A stretch of 64,000 nucleotides of DNA from Octopus sinensis (GCF_006345805.1 NC_042999.1:158286001-158350000); one strand, 5' to 3'; positions 11,700 through 24,345 are shown, counted from the stretch's first letter. Notes: generated by a model not told the origin, from the sequence alone. Numbers and translations: made by a program.

Positions 11700-12280
11700 T
11701 GTATGTATGTATGTATGTATGTATGTATGTATGATGTATGTATGTAGGTATGTATGTGTCTATGTATGTATGCATGTAGGTATGTATGTATGCATGTAGG
11801 TATGTATATATGTAGGTATGTATGTATGTATGTATGTAGGTATGTATGTATGTAGGTAGGTATGTATGTATGTATGCATGTATGTATGTATGTATGTAGG
11901 TATGTATGTATGTAGGTAGGTATGTATGTATGTAGGTAGGTATGTATGTGTGTGTGTATGTATGTATGTATGTGTGTGTGTATATATGTATGTATGTATG
12001 TATGTAGGTATGTATGTGTGTATGTATGTATGTATGTATGTATGTATGTATGTATGTATGTATGTAGGTATGTATGTGTGTATGTATGTATGCATGTAGG
12101 TATGTATGTATGTATGTATGTATGTATGTATGCATGTATGCATGTATGTATGTATGTGCTTGTGTGCATGTTTGTATGTATGAATGTATGTACCAATGAA
12201 TGAATGTATGTATGTCTATGCATGTGTGCATATACATGTATGTATGTATATATATATATATATATATGTATATGTATATG

Positions 12281-12329
<49 letters not shown>

Positions 12330-12500
12330 TATATATATATATGTATATATGTGTACATCCATATATTCATTCACTCATACATACATGGATACATGCGTAC
12401 ATAAATACATATATGCACATCATACACATGCATACATACATAAATACACACACACACACATATAAATATATATGCATATATATGCATATATATGTTTGTA
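11700..12500. repeat. (TATG)n / (TA)n compound microsatellite
   Basis: Direct reading; source of the spurious MYMHT/HTYI ORFs. Confidence 0.95.
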
Positions 12501-12679
12501 TAATGTGTGTAGACACAAATATATGAAAACAAAACAAAAACAGCTACGCATCTCTCACTAAATAAAAAGTTAGATATATATAAAGAAACATACAAAGAAA
12601 ATAAATACCTGAAGCAACAAGAAAATAAACATTTCAAAGCAGTTTTGAGTGGATTATAGCTTTAAGAGAAGTACTTTCT

Positions 12680-12681
<2 letters not shown>

Positions 12682-12752
<71 letters not shown>

Positions 12753-12990
12753 AGAGAGACAGTGAGACAGTGAGAATGAGAGAGTGAGAATGGGAGAGAG
12801 AGTGAAAGAGAGAGTGAGAGTGAAAGAGAGAAGAGAGAGGAGGCGATGTACATATATATATTTATATATATATACACGCATCTATACATATGTAGACATA
12901 CGAACACACACACACACACATACACACACAAATGCACATTTATTTATCTGTCTATCTATCTATCTATCTATCTATTTAGCTATCTATCTA

Positions 12991-13060
<70 letters not shown>

Positions 13061-13140
13061 AATCTAGTTACAAACAAAGAGAGAGAGAGTGTGTGTGTGT
13101 GTATGTGTGTGTGAAAGAGAGGAGTAGAGAGAGGGAAAAG
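12682..13140. repeat. (GA)n, (CA)n, (TATC)n compound microsatellite
   Basis: Direct reading. Confidence 0.95.
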
Positions 13141-14144
13141 AGATAGAAAAGGAGGGAGGAAAAGAGAGACCGGCTTATAAAAGAGTGAAAATAAAGCCAT
13201 TGTTGTTCTCCTGTGTATTTCTTAAGTTTCATTTAGTATCCGAAATGTGTCAATTCCACGTCATTTCCTGGATCTTAAATTCAGTTTTGTTTGTATGGAC
13301 GTCAGCCCTCTAATGAGTTTAATCGATTGGATTTCTGCAAAGTTCACGCGCTCTAGTCACGCATGTGTCTGAAACATGCCACCTTACAAGACAAGGAAAC
13401 AATAGCCAACCACAAATAAACTATATTAAGTATCAATCATACGAAATAGCGCTTCATAAACAACAAGGAAATTTTTCTTCACCAGTGAAATTACATTCGA
13501 GATCTGTTTCTGTGACCCTCTGTGCTTGGATGCTAAGTTAGAGGTCACTCGAGGAAAATGAACTGCCAATCAGCTGAAATGGTTCTATTTGTCATTTTAC
13601 AACAAGGGACTGCTCTTCATTTAGAACACTTCTTTGAATAAGTATTTAGCTCCGTCGTTCTCTGTACATCTAATCTACCGTTGTTGTTTTGTTGATTAGC
13701 TCTTCCTTCATGGCAGCTTATAACAGGCATTTTGAGTGTGGGATCCTCTAACAATGGCAAGGGCTCAGCACTTCGGAAACACTGCTTGTAATTCGTTGCT
13801 GTAATACTGAGATTAAACGCACCTCACACACACACACCACACACACACACCACACACACACACACACACATACACACACACTAGAAACATAAAAAAAAAT
13901 CATTGTGAATACACCCACCCAGGCTTTCTCGAGCCGAAATATTAATTTATTTTGCGATTTATTAAGCTGATAAAAACCATCTGGCTATTACCAGCTAGAT
14001 AAGGGGCAAAATAAATTAATGTTCTAGCTACGAAAACCTGAGTGGCTGTATTCCAGAGGGCTTTTTGTGGTTTTTACTATAATAATACCTTTATTCTCTT
14101 AGCTAATCGGGTGCTATATCACTCGTCGAAAATCTCACCACACG

Positions 14145-14147
14145 CTG

Positions 14148-14230
<83 letters not shown>

Positions 14231-14290
14231 GTGTATCTGTCTGTCTGTCTGTCTATCCATCCATCTATCTATCTATTTATATTCATATAT
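14145..14290. repeat. (TATC)n microsatellite
   Basis: Direct reading. Confidence 0.95.
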
Positions 14291-14299
14291 ACATATATT

Positions 14300-14695
14300 C
14301 TTTTAATATTTGACTTGTTTCAGTCACTTGATTGGAGCCATACTGGATCACCGCCTTTTAGTCGAAGAAATCGATCCCTGGACTTATTCGTTGTAAGCCT
14401 TGTACTTATTCTATCGATCTCTTCTGCCGAACCGCTAAGTTACGGGGACGTAAACACACCAACATCGGTCGTCAAGTGATGGTGGCGGCACAAACACAAA
14501 TACAAACACGTACATATAAATATATACATATATATACGACAGGCTTCTTTCAGTTTCCGTCCATCGCATCCACTCACGAGACTTTGGTCGGCCGAGGCTG
14601 TAGTAGATGACAGTTTCCCATGGTGCCACGCAGTGTGACTGAATCCTGAACCATGTGGTTGGGAAACAAGCTTCTTACCACACAGCCATACAGTC
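14300..14695 (-). mobile_element. SINE family B (diverged)
   Basis: Colinear with 7220-7680. Confidence 0.85.
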
Positions 14696-14775
14696 ACATA
14701 GACACACACACACACACATATATACATTCACATTAATACTTACATATATACATACATTCATACATGCATACATAC

Positions 14776-14806
<31 letters not shown>

Positions 14807-14849
14807 CATATAAATATACATACATACATACATACATACATACATACAT

Positions 14850-15027
14850 AAGAAGGGAAAGACAAATAGAGATTAGTAGATCGATATTTATATACACGCA
14901 CATAAGCATATGCATGCAGATATATGCATATATATATATATATATATATGCATATATCTGCATGCATATGCTTATGTGCGTGTATATAAATATCGATCTA
15001 CTAATCTCTATTTGTCTTTCCCTTCTT
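14850..15027. repeat. Perfect 178-bp palindrome with no spacer
   Basis: AAGAAGGGAAAGACAAATAGAG...GCATA(TA)n TATGC...CTCTATTTGTCTTTCCCTTCTT. Centre 14938/14939. No mismatch seen; spot checks 14926-14951 and 14927-14950 pair. Confidence 0.93.
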
Positions 15028-15050
15028 TTGTTTCTCTTGGAAAAGATAGT

Positions 15051-15052
<2 letters not shown>

Positions 15053-15127
<75 letters not shown>
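15053..15127. repeat. (GA)n microsatellite
   Basis: Direct reading. Confidence 0.95.
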
Positions 15128-15130
<3 letters not shown>

Positions 15131-15554
15131 TTTATTGAATGATTATGGAAGATTAAGAGCCTGAATGATCGTGTATATCTCGGAAGTAAATATGTACAAC
15201 ATCAGTTTAAACATATGGTTTGAGAAAGGCTTTGAGTAGGGTGTATTACTGGAATAAATAAGTATAGGTTTGTACACGCAAAGAAAGTAAGATAAAACAT
15301 TAGAAAAACAAAGAGATAATAAGCAGGATTCAATGGATCAATCAACTATTGATTTTCTCCTTGGGAACACTGGCATGTGTTTTCAGGGAAATAGCAGGCA
15401 GTTAGTAATTTAACAGAAGTGATTTAGGAGAACCCTGTTTATCATTTATAATCATCACATTTTTTCGTTCAATAGATAAATCCTTTTAAGAGGAACTGTA
15501 CATTTCGACACGAATTAAGGTTCGCAAATAACTAATGGCAATATCTGTGATCGC

Positions 15555-16100
15555 TAAGGCGGTGAGCTGGCAGAATTAGCCGGGCAACATGCTTTGCGCC
15601 ATGTCCTTCGATTTTACGTTCTGAGTTCAAATTCCGCCGAAGTTGACTTTACCTTTCATGCCTTCGTGGTCGTGAAAATAAGTACTAGTTAAGTGTGGAG
15701 ATGCAATGGCCCAGTGGTTAGGGCAGCGGACTCGCGGTCATAGGATCCACGAGGCTCCGGCAGGGGATGGTGGTGATCCCTGCTGTACTCTTTCACCACA
15801 ACTTTCTCTCACTCTTACTTCCTGTTTCTATTGTACCTGTATTTCAAAGGGCCGGCCTTGTCACACTCTGTGTCACGCTGACTATACTAGAGAACTACGT
15901 TAAGGGTACACGTGTCTGTGGAGTGCTTAGCCACTTACACGTTAATTTCACTTGCAGGCTGTTCCGTTGATTCGGATCAACCGGAACCCTCGTCGTCGTA
16001 ACCGACGGAGTGCTTTCATCCACTAGTTGAGTACTGAGATCCATGTAATCGACTTATCCAGTCGCCCTAAACAGTCGACCTTGTGCCAAAATTTGATACC
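15555..16100 (+). mobile_element. SINE family C interrupted by a SINE A insertion
   Basis: C head at 15555-15694; the C body resumes after 16032. Confidence 0.8.
15695..16021 (+). mobile_element. SINE family A lacking its B box, 11-bp TSD
   Basis: TSD ACTAGTT(A/G)AGT at 15684-15694 and 16022-16032; ~60-bp internal deletion removes GGTTTCGATTCC. Confidence 0.88.
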
Positions 16101-16434
16101 AGAATTTGTGATCTTTGCAGAATGTCAGTAAGTTCTTCGATAGTTGAAAGTGTTTGATCAGGTTTTATACAAGACTGGGCAATTTTGCTGCACTTTTCGT
16201 CGCTGCAATTTCTGTCCGTATCTCGGCGAGCGTTGAGTTATGAAAATGTGACTTATTTCCCGACCTTATTAGAGGATAAGGACATCCTGTAGTCGCACAA
16301 TAACCCATTAAAAGTGATTGGAAGAGGAAAATATTATGTAGAAAGACAGTGAAAAATTACAGAAACCGAATCTGAATTCAAAACAAATCACAAAAGTAAC
16401 TGCTAAATAATCAATGTCATTATTGATGTGAACG

Positions 16435-16650
16435 TTGAGGCAGCAAGCTGGCAGAATCATTTGCAGGCCGGGCAAAATGCATAGCAGCATTTCGTGCCTC
16501 TTTCGGTTCTGAGTTCTAATCCTACCGAGGTCGACTTTGCCTTTTATCCTTTAGGGGGTCAATAAAATAAGTACCAGTTGAGGACTGGTGTCGATATAAT
16601 CGACTTAACCTACCCCAAAATTGAAGGCCTTGTGCCAAAAGTTGATTGGA
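16435..16650 (+). mobile_element. SINE family C (diverged)
   Basis: GGCAGCAAGCTGGCAGAATC head; GAGGTCGACTTTGCCTTTTATCC core. Confidence 0.75.
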
Positions 16651-17840
16651 TGCCGGCGAGAAATAAAGCAAGATGGCAACAAGTTAAGTTGGGCTGTCTC
16701 GAATTTTAAGCACTTCACTTTACGCCAGAAATATACAACCATTACACCATCACACTCTCCTACTTGACTATAAAATGATTTATAACCGAGCTGTTTCAGC
16801 TAGCAATGGAAATGCCTCGAATATATCTAATTAACTGTGCTATTGACTCTATTTTATAACAAAATTACAAAGCAATAAGTTTACTCTTGTTACAGTTAGT
16901 TAGACACTGAAAAGTTTTTAAAATAGTTATAGCCTTTATAGAATTTATAGTTATAATTGAAGATACCCCTTTAAGTGTCACAACTAACTGGTAATGTGTT
17001 TGCCAAATGTAAAAATGTGTGAAGATTATTTGGATGTTCTAAATATCCAACGAAATTGAATAGTTAATTTTTCAAACGCTATCATAGAACACAAGTAATG
17101 TGGAATTCGAAAATTAGATTTGGTTTTCACGTTATATAAATCAGTTTGATGTCAATTACTAAATTGAATCATGGTAAGAAGCCAACAAATAAAATTAGGC
17201 AGACGAGCTATTTCTTCCATTCTTTATATTTGCGACATGGTATCTAAAAGCACTTCCCTCTTTTGTTGAGGAAGTAGTATATACTGTAGCGAATAAACAG
17301 AGAAGCCAAATAAAAAATATAACTAAGAACATAAATTCCGGAAGTTTTGACTAGCTTTAAAACGATTCGAAATTATCTTCAATGACCGATTCGAATATTT
17401 TTACTTTGCCAATATTTCCCTTTATTTCAGATTCTTTACAGTCTATGATTATAATTTCCTGTTCTTTGTACTGGGATATCAGATATATTTCAATACCAAT
17501 GACTATATATATATATATATATGATAGATTTCTATTTTTAATTCGAGTACATCCACAGAAACTCGTCAAAGGTTTACAGATATTGTAATGTAAAATTCAA
17601 TTTTAGAAAGTTTTAAAATAGATGTCATGCATATAGTAATGACCGGATTTAGGAGGTAAGAAGAATAGTTTGATCGGCTCAAATATATTACTGGTATTTA
17701 CTTCTTTTTTGTTCCATGTAAGACAAAAGTACAGCCATCTTTGCCTGGATCTGACTGTACAACCTAGTGAATAAAACCAATTACAGTAAATGGTTAAGTA
17801 GAATGTGAAACCTCTTCTGACAATTCAGCAATGAAGATTG

Positions 17841-18273
17841 GGATATTTTCGGTTTGAACGGTAGTTTTTTCTAGTGGTGTCATATGAAATTGTCTCCCAT
17901 AATTATGACCCTAGAATCGATCTATTGCATTTCAATCTCTTTTAGGGTTACGGTTAGTTAAGTTTAGGGTTAGGAGTAGGGGAAGGGTATCTTTTTTTCT
18001 TCATAAATGTAAATAAACCCAATATGTTTCTTAAACGAGGGACCTATTCATACGACACAGAATGCTTTTTAACTCAATGGACGTCACTGATTGGTTGAAA
18101 TTGCAGAAATTGAAGAAAAAAACAACAATAAATATCTTACAAACTATAGAATTTTCTCAATAAAGCCGAGAGAAAATATGCTTTATCAACACATTCTACC
18201 AGTATACGAAGTTTAAAATTTTTTAGTTACCTAGAAATTATGTTAAAAACTGCCGTTCAAACCGAAAAGATCC
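17841..18273. mobile_element. MITE with ~29-bp GG-initiated TIRs and 8-bp TSD (Merlin-like or atypical hAT)
   Basis: TIRs GGATATTTTCGGTTTGAACGGTAGTTTTT and AAAAACTGCCGTTCAAACCGAAAAGATCC; TSD GAAGATTG at 17833-17840 and 18274-18281; internal TTAGGG-like repeats. Confidence 0.85.
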
Positions 18274-18499
18274 GAAGATTGTAAATCAAATTCACTTTGA
18301 AATTGAAGCAGACACATTTCACTTGGTTTCGTACTGCAAATGCTTTTGAATAATAGTAAGCTCTGAGAAAGATGTGTTTGTGGTCCGTTTCTTTTTAGTG
18401 ATTGAACTTTTGTAATGCGTGTTTTGTATGATGTACGTAATTCTTCATAATGTAAGGAAGCGATGTGATTTTCAGTCTATGAACAATATGAGAACCATA

Positions 18500-18608
18500 A
18501 ACAGCATCATCATCATCATCATCATCATCATCATTATCATCATCATCGTCATCATCGTCGTCGTTGTCGTCGTCGTAGTCATCATCATCATGAAGTACGA
18601 AAGCGATG

Positions 18609-18644
<36 letters not shown>

Positions 18645-18683
18645 TTAGTTATAATAATAATAGTTATAATAATAATAATAATA

Positions 18684-18719
<36 letters not shown>

Positions 18720-18780
18720 GAAGAGAAGAAGAAGAAGAAGAAGAAGAGAAGAAGAAGAAGAAGAAGAAGAAGAAGAGAAT
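18500..18780. repeat. Compound trinucleotide array (CAT)n-(CGT)n-(AAT)n-(AAG)n
   Basis: Direct reading; abuts the 5' truncation point of the R4-like element. Confidence 0.95.
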
Positions 18781-20693
18781 AGGCCATTAACAAAGTAGCA
18801 CCAACAATCATAAAATTCATAGAGCACTCTATGAATAAATGGCAAACAGTCCTACACCTCCAAACAAAAGAGGGACTCATGAAAACCAAAGACATCCCCA
18901 TTAGAAGAGGAATATTCCAGGGAGACACGCTCTCTCCACTCCTTTTCTGCTTGGCACTGTCACCTCTATCTGATATGCTAAATAGAACTGGATGCGGATA
19001 TAAATGTTACGGCAAAACGATCAGCCAGCTTTTATATATGGATGACCTAAAACTATACGCTGCAAATGACAAACAGCTGGAAACACTATTAAAGACAGTT
19101 CATGGATTTACCAAAGAAATAGATATGAAATTTGGATTAGAAAAATGCGCCATAGTAACCATGACAAGAGGAAAACTAGTTAAGAGCAACAACATCACAC
19201 TAGATAAAACCAATGAAATAAAAGAATTAGACCAAAGCCAAACTTACAAATACTTAGGAATCCATGAACTAGATAAGACACAACACACACAAATGAAAGA
19301 GAAAATAAAAAAAGAATATTATAGACGAGTTAGATCAATACTAAAAACAGAGCTCAATGCTAAAAACAAGATAATAGGTATCAACACTTTAGCTGTCCCA
19401 GTTATAAGTTACAGCTACAATATCCTTAACTGGACACGAAATGAACTGACCAACATAGATAGGAAAACAAGAAAAATAATGACAGGATCTAGGATGCATC
19501 ACCCAAAATCTGACATAGAAAGACTATATATACAACGTATAGAAGGTGGTAGAGGCCTTATACAGCTGGAAAACTACTATAAAATAACCACCATAGGACT
19601 GCAAAAATATCTACTTCAGAAGGAAGGAAAACTGATCCAGATAGCAGCAAAACACGAGCAAAACAAAAAAATGTTCTCAGTATTTAAGGAAGCTGACAAA
19701 TACAAACAAGAAATCATACCACCTAATAAACATGAAGAAGAAGACGAAGAAGATGAAGAAACAACAAAAGCTATAAAACAAATGAAATCCAAACTAAAAA
19801 TAGAACAGCAACGAACCATAATAAAACGATGGCAAGAAAAGCCCATTCATGGTAAATACTGCACTAAACTAAACGCAAAAGAAATAGACAAAGAAAAATC
19901 CCAGCAATGGTTGAGAAGCTCAGGACTCAAAGCAGAGTCAGAAGGATTTTTAATTGCAGCACAAGACCAAAGCCTCCCCACCAGAAATTACCAAAAACAT
20001 GTAATGAAAAGAAATATTACAAGTAACTGCAGAATATGTGGAGATGGACAAGAAACAATAAATCATATTATCTCTAGCTGCCCAGTCCTGGCTAAGAAGG
20101 AATATATTCACAGACATGACAAAGTTGGAACCTACATACATTGGAAGCTATGCCAACATTATGGAATAACAACAGAAAAAAGATGGTATAGGCACACACC
20201 AGAAAAGGTCACAGAAAACGAGAAAGCAACCATACTCTGGGATATGCCGATACACACAGATAGAGAAATTAAGGCCAACAGACCAGATATAGTTGTCAGA
20301 GATCATGAGGAAAAAAAATGCTTTCTAATTGATGTATCAATACCGGCAGATGACAACGTGTCTCTAAAAGAAATGGAGAAACTCTCAAAATACAAAGACC
20401 TGGAAATAGAGGTAACTAGAATGTGGAATCTGAAAACAGAAACAATTCCTATCATAGTAGGTGCATTAGGCATGATAAAAAATATTCAGACAAATACATA
20501 ACAAAAACACCAGGACTTACAAACACATATAACATACAGAAAATTGCACTACTAGGCACTGCACACATCCTACGCAGAACACTTTTCATACAATAACCAT
20601 CAGAGTATCACAACAAATCACAGCACATACCCAAGGCACACAGAGCTGCGTTCGGTAGTGAAGTGAAAGCACGCTATAAAAATAAAACTACTG
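18781..20693 (+). mobile_element. 5'-truncated R4/Dong-like (REL-endonuclease) non-LTR retrotransposon, family R4-A
   Basis: RT-CCHC-REL frame plus ~100-bp 3' UTR ending ...AAAACTACTG(AAT)n. Confidence 0.93.
18783..20501 (+). CDS. Partial reverse transcriptase + CCHC finger + restriction-like endonuclease (573 codons open; 1-bp frameshift near the C-terminus, natural stop 20596)
   Basis: RGIFQGDTLSPLLF, YMDDLKLY, YKYLG, CRICGDGQETINHIISSC, RHD, RPDIVV..IDV..K..KY motifs. Confidence 0.9.
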   Translation, partial: AINKVAPTIIKFIEHSMNKWQTVLHLQTKEGLMKTKDIPIRRGIFQGDTLSPLLFCLALSPLSDMLNRTGCGYKCYGKTISQLLYMDDLKLYAANDKQLETLLKTVHGFTKEIDMKFGLEKCAIVTMTRGKLVKSNNITLDKTNEIKELDQSQTYKYLGIHELDKTQHTQMKEKIKKEYYRRVRSILKTELNAKNKIIGINTLAVPVISYSYNILNWTRNELTNIDRKTRKIMTGSRMHHPKSDIERLYIQRIEGGRGLIQLENYYKITTIGLQKYLLQKEGKLIQIAAKHEQNKKMFSVFKEADKYKQEIIPPNKHEEEDEEDEETTKAIKQMKSKLKIEQQRTIIKRWQEKPIHGKYCTKLNAKEIDKEKSQQWLRSSGLKAESEGFLIAAQDQSLPTRNYQKHVMKRNITSNCRICGDGQETINHIISSCPVLAKKEYIHRHDKVGTYIHWKLCQHYGITTEKRWYRHTPEKVTENEKATILWDMPIHTDREIKANRPDIVVRDHEEKKCFLIDVSIPADDNVSLKEMEKLSKYKDLEIEVTRMWNLKTETIPIIVGALGMIKNIQTNT

Positions 20694-20700
20694 AATAATG

Positions 20701-20742
<42 letters not shown>

Positions 20743-21078
20743 GTGTCTCTAAAAGAAATGGAGACACTTTCAAAATACAAAGACCTGGAAATAGAGGTAA
20801 CTCGAATGGGGAATCTAAAAACAGAAACAATTCCTATCATAGTAGGTGCATTAGGCATGATAAAATATTATTCAGACAAACACAGAACAAAAACACCAGG
20901 ACTTACAAACACATATAAAATAAAGAAAATTGCACTACTAGGCACTGCACACATCCTACGCAAAACTCTTTCAATACAGTAACCATCAAAGCAATACAAC
21001 AAATCACAGCACATACCCAAGGCACACAGAGCTGCGCTCGGTAATGAAGTGAAGCACGCTATAAAAATATAACTACTG
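20743..21078 (+). mobile_element. Second short R4-A copy, in tandem in the (AAT)n tail of the first
   Basis: VSLKEMETLSKYKDLEIEV...HILRKTLSIQ* plus the same 3' UTR and (AAT)n. Confidence 0.92.
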
Positions 21079-21091
21079 AATAATAATAATA

Positions 21092-21143
<52 letters not shown>

Positions 21144-21169
21144 CAACAACAACAACAACAATAATAATA

Positions 21170-21340
21170 ATTCTTTCTTCTATAGACATAAAAGTCTTGG
21201 GATCGGTGTCTAGTCGATTGCATTACCGCCTCGTGATCAACTGTTACTAAATTTATCGACCACGAATTTAAACTTAGTGTAAAGCCAGAACAAATGCCAT
21301 TGAACATTTTGTCCAGCGTGCCAACGATTCTCGCCGCCTT
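21170..21340 (-). mobile_element. SINE family C (old, diverged)
   Basis: Reverse complement of the C head and core (...AATTTATCGACC..., ...GATTCTCGCCGCCTTA). Confidence 0.6.
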
Positions 21341-21499
21341 AGTAGTTGTAATAGACTCTTCCGTCGAAGATGATAGCTTATGAGCGTTCAGCTTTTGCCG
21401 AACGACCTACAAACATGAGTTGTTTATAGTTATCAAATGTTCGTGTTACATATTAAATCATTTTCTAAAATCAAATTAAACGTTGCCTGATTAGGTGCA

Positions 21500-21651
21500 C
21501 GGTGTACCACGCGTTAGGTGTCGAAGTGTAATCGCCAAGCGACGTGAGATGAAGTGTTTTGCTCAAGAACACAACACACCACTCAGTCTAGGAATCGAAA
21601 CCACGATCTTGAGATCACGAGTGCAACACCCTAACCACTAAACCACGTGCC

Positions 21652-21652
<1 letters not shown>
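21500..21652 (-). mobile_element. tRNA-derived SINE, family F (single copy here)
   Basis: Minus strand GGCACGTGGTTTAGTGGTTAGGG (A box), GGTTTCGATTCC (B box), then GTGTTCTTGAGCAAAACACTT. Confidence 0.75.
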
Positions 21653-21686
<34 letters not shown>

Positions 21687-21725
21687 TATTATTATTATTG
21701 TTATTATTATTATTATTATCAAATA

Positions 21726-22291
21726 AGAGAGCAGTGCATGCCATCAAAGTGACACTAGGGTAAAGTGTACGAAGCCCAGTATACTTATCATGACTACCCG
21801 TCTGATAAGGGTACACCAGGCACATGCATCTCAACCATATGTGGGCGAAGTGGTGATCTCATATCAAGATAAACAGCGCATGACCTTGCAGGTGGGGCCC
21901 AGTTAGAATTTTCTTCTGGTCAAGTAGCCCATCCCACTCAAAAGGTCCCTGAACAAGGATTGTTTAAGGATGTTGAACGAACCGCCCATGTTTTCAAAGG
22001 TGAATTATCCAAACCTCTAAGAATTCCTTTCAACACATAGCTATGATGCTCCCCCACTACTTCTGCTCGTGATCAGAGATGCACATATCGTCAGCCACTA
22101 AGGGACATGCTCAACTGGTTAAGGTCAAACAACCGACAAGCAGTCTGTGGTATTGAGCAGAATATTTGCTGTAGCCCATCTTTTATACGAAAACAAAACA
22201 ATGTACATGATAACACTTCCAATCAGTTAAGATCAGAAGCCATGAGAGCCACTGCCTGGTACTGCATCAGGGCAATTACTGCATCAGGGCA
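21726..22291 (-). mobile_element. Element D, full-length copy
   Basis: Reverse complement of 5951-6490; 17-bp duplication at the end near 22260-22291; flanked by (ATT)n. Confidence 0.82.
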
Positions 22292-22444
<153 letters not shown>

Positions 22445-22445
<1 letters not shown>

Positions 22446-22678
22446 TCCTATGGTAATTATTATTATTTCAAATTTTTGCCACCAGGGCGGCGGCTTAGGG
22501 AGGTGGGGATGAGTCAATTACATCGACTACAGTGTTCAACTGATACTTAATTTATCGACCCCGAAAGGATGAAAGGCAAAGTCGAATTCGGCGGAATTTG
22601 AACAGAGAACTTAGCGACGGGCGAAATACTGCTAAGCATTTCGTCCAGCGTGCTAACTATTCTGCCAGCTCGCCGTCC

Positions 22679-22679
<1 letters not shown>
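22445..22679 (-). mobile_element. SINE family C
   Basis: Full C head (GGCGAGCTGGCAGAA on minus) abutting (AAT)n at 22680-22745. Confidence 0.85.
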
Positions 22680-22716
<37 letters not shown>

Positions 22717-22946
22717 TAATAATAATAATAATAATAATAATGATGATGATGATAATGATAATCAACAGCATCAACATTAATAACAATGAAAATATTATAC
22801 CAGACGCGAGGTATCACATATGCTGGCATAAAAGCGCGCTTTTATTTCTAAGTGTATCAAACATTGTCGTTTGTCTAATGTAGCTGTATTACGAATGGGA
22901 GATCGAGTGTTCTAGGCTAGGGAGACGCGGATAAGTATAATTCCAT

Positions 22947-23184
22947 ATAATAAGGCGGCGAGCTGGTAGAAACGTTAGCACACCGGGCGAAATGCGTTGC
23001 AGTATTTCGTCTGCCGTTACGTTCCGAGTTCAAATTCCGCCGAGGTAGACTTTACCTTTCATCCTTTCGGGGTCGATTAAATAAGTACCAGTTACTCTCT
23101 GTGGTCGATATAATCGACTTAATCCGTGTGTCTGTCCTTGTTTGTCCTCTCTCTGTTTAGCCCCTTGTGGGTAGTAAAGAAATT
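22947..23184 (+). mobile_element. SINE family C monomer with 18-bp TSD
   Basis: TSD GGATAAGTATAATTCCAT at 22929-22946 and 23185-23202. Confidence 0.92.
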
Positions 23185-23960
23185 GGATAAGTATAATTCC
23201 ATTAAGCACAATAATTGTTGCTGATAATAAAATACTGAAATGAAGCCAAACTATTAGTCTGCTGACACAGTCTTACGAAACATTGCTTAACGGAACGACG
23301 TCAGTTATGTGGGGAATGTTATATAATTTCCACAACAAGCATATCCGACACCCGATATCTGTCTTATATTATTTATTGCCTGCGTTAGCTTTAAGAAACG
23401 TCTTTTAATTATCTAAATGAAATATTCTTTTAGAAAGATGAAGGGAATATTAAACTTTCATCACCCTCTTAGCTATTTGCAATGAGTGAATGAGAAAAAA
23501 AAAAACATCATTGCATTGGTGCATCACCCTTGTGACCAATTCGTAGTTGCGTTAAAACATTACAGATCGAAATTGTTTTACATCCTGTATGACTATTCAC
23601 TCGATCAAAATATAAACAACTGTACAGGTGATCTCAAAGGAGAGGAAATATACGGTATTCATATAATGTAATTTATGATAAACCTATGGTTTTATACGCT
23701 ATTTCTGTTTGCTATCACAGCATCATTTCAATATTTACAGAAGCATACATTTCCGCCGACAGAACAGAACAAGACAAAAAAAAAATATCTTTCAATAAGT
23801 ATCTGTTGAAACATATTAGATTTTCTTTTCTCCGCAATATACAATTGTAAAATAAGGATTTATCTTATTTAAGAGTGTCTCCTATACACCAGCAAACACA
23901 CTTATTGTGGTAGCCGTTGAAGTCGACATTTCGTCTTTGTGATATCATTATACTAACTTA

Positions 23961-24345
23961 CGGAGGCGCAATGGCCCAGTGGTTAGGGCAGCGGACTCGC
24001 GGTCATAGGATCGCGGTTTCGATTCCCAGACCGGGCGTTGTGAGTGTTTATTGAGCGAAAACACCTAAAGCTCCACGCGGCTCCGGCAGGGGATGGTGGT
24101 GATCCCTGCTGTACTCTTTCACCACAACTTTCTCTCACTCTTACTTCCTGTTTCTGTTGTACCTGTATTTCAAGGGGCCGGCCTTGTCACTCTGTGTCAC
24201 GCTGAATATCCCCGAGAACTACGTTAAGGGTACACGTGTCTGTGGAGTGCTCAGCCACTTACACGTTAATTTCACGAGCAGGCTGTTCCGTTGATTCGGA
24301 TCAACCGGAACCCTCGTCGTCGTAACCGACGGAGTGCTTCCATCC
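23961..24345 (+). mobile_element. SINE family A, full length, 11-bp TSD
   Basis: TSD ATACTAACTTA at 23950-23960 and 24346-24356; intact A and B boxes; 3' end ...GGAGTGCTTCCATCC. Confidence 0.95.

Noticed and set aside
11608-12237. 209-aa and 200-aa ORFs rich in HTYI/MYV, and similar ORFs at 29788-30387, 31294-31788, 44793-45511 and 14042-14479
   Set aside because: Translations of (CATA)n, (TA)n, (CA)n and (TATC)n microsatellites that lack stops in some frames; no protein signal.
17940-17985. Interstitial telomere (TTAGGG-like)
   Set aside because: Short, degenerate and internal to a MITE; not a chromosome-fusion relic.
23962-24035. tRNA-like sequences at SINE heads
   Set aside because: They have A/B boxes but run into SINE bodies with TSDs; no complete cloverleaf or terminator, so not called tRNA genes.
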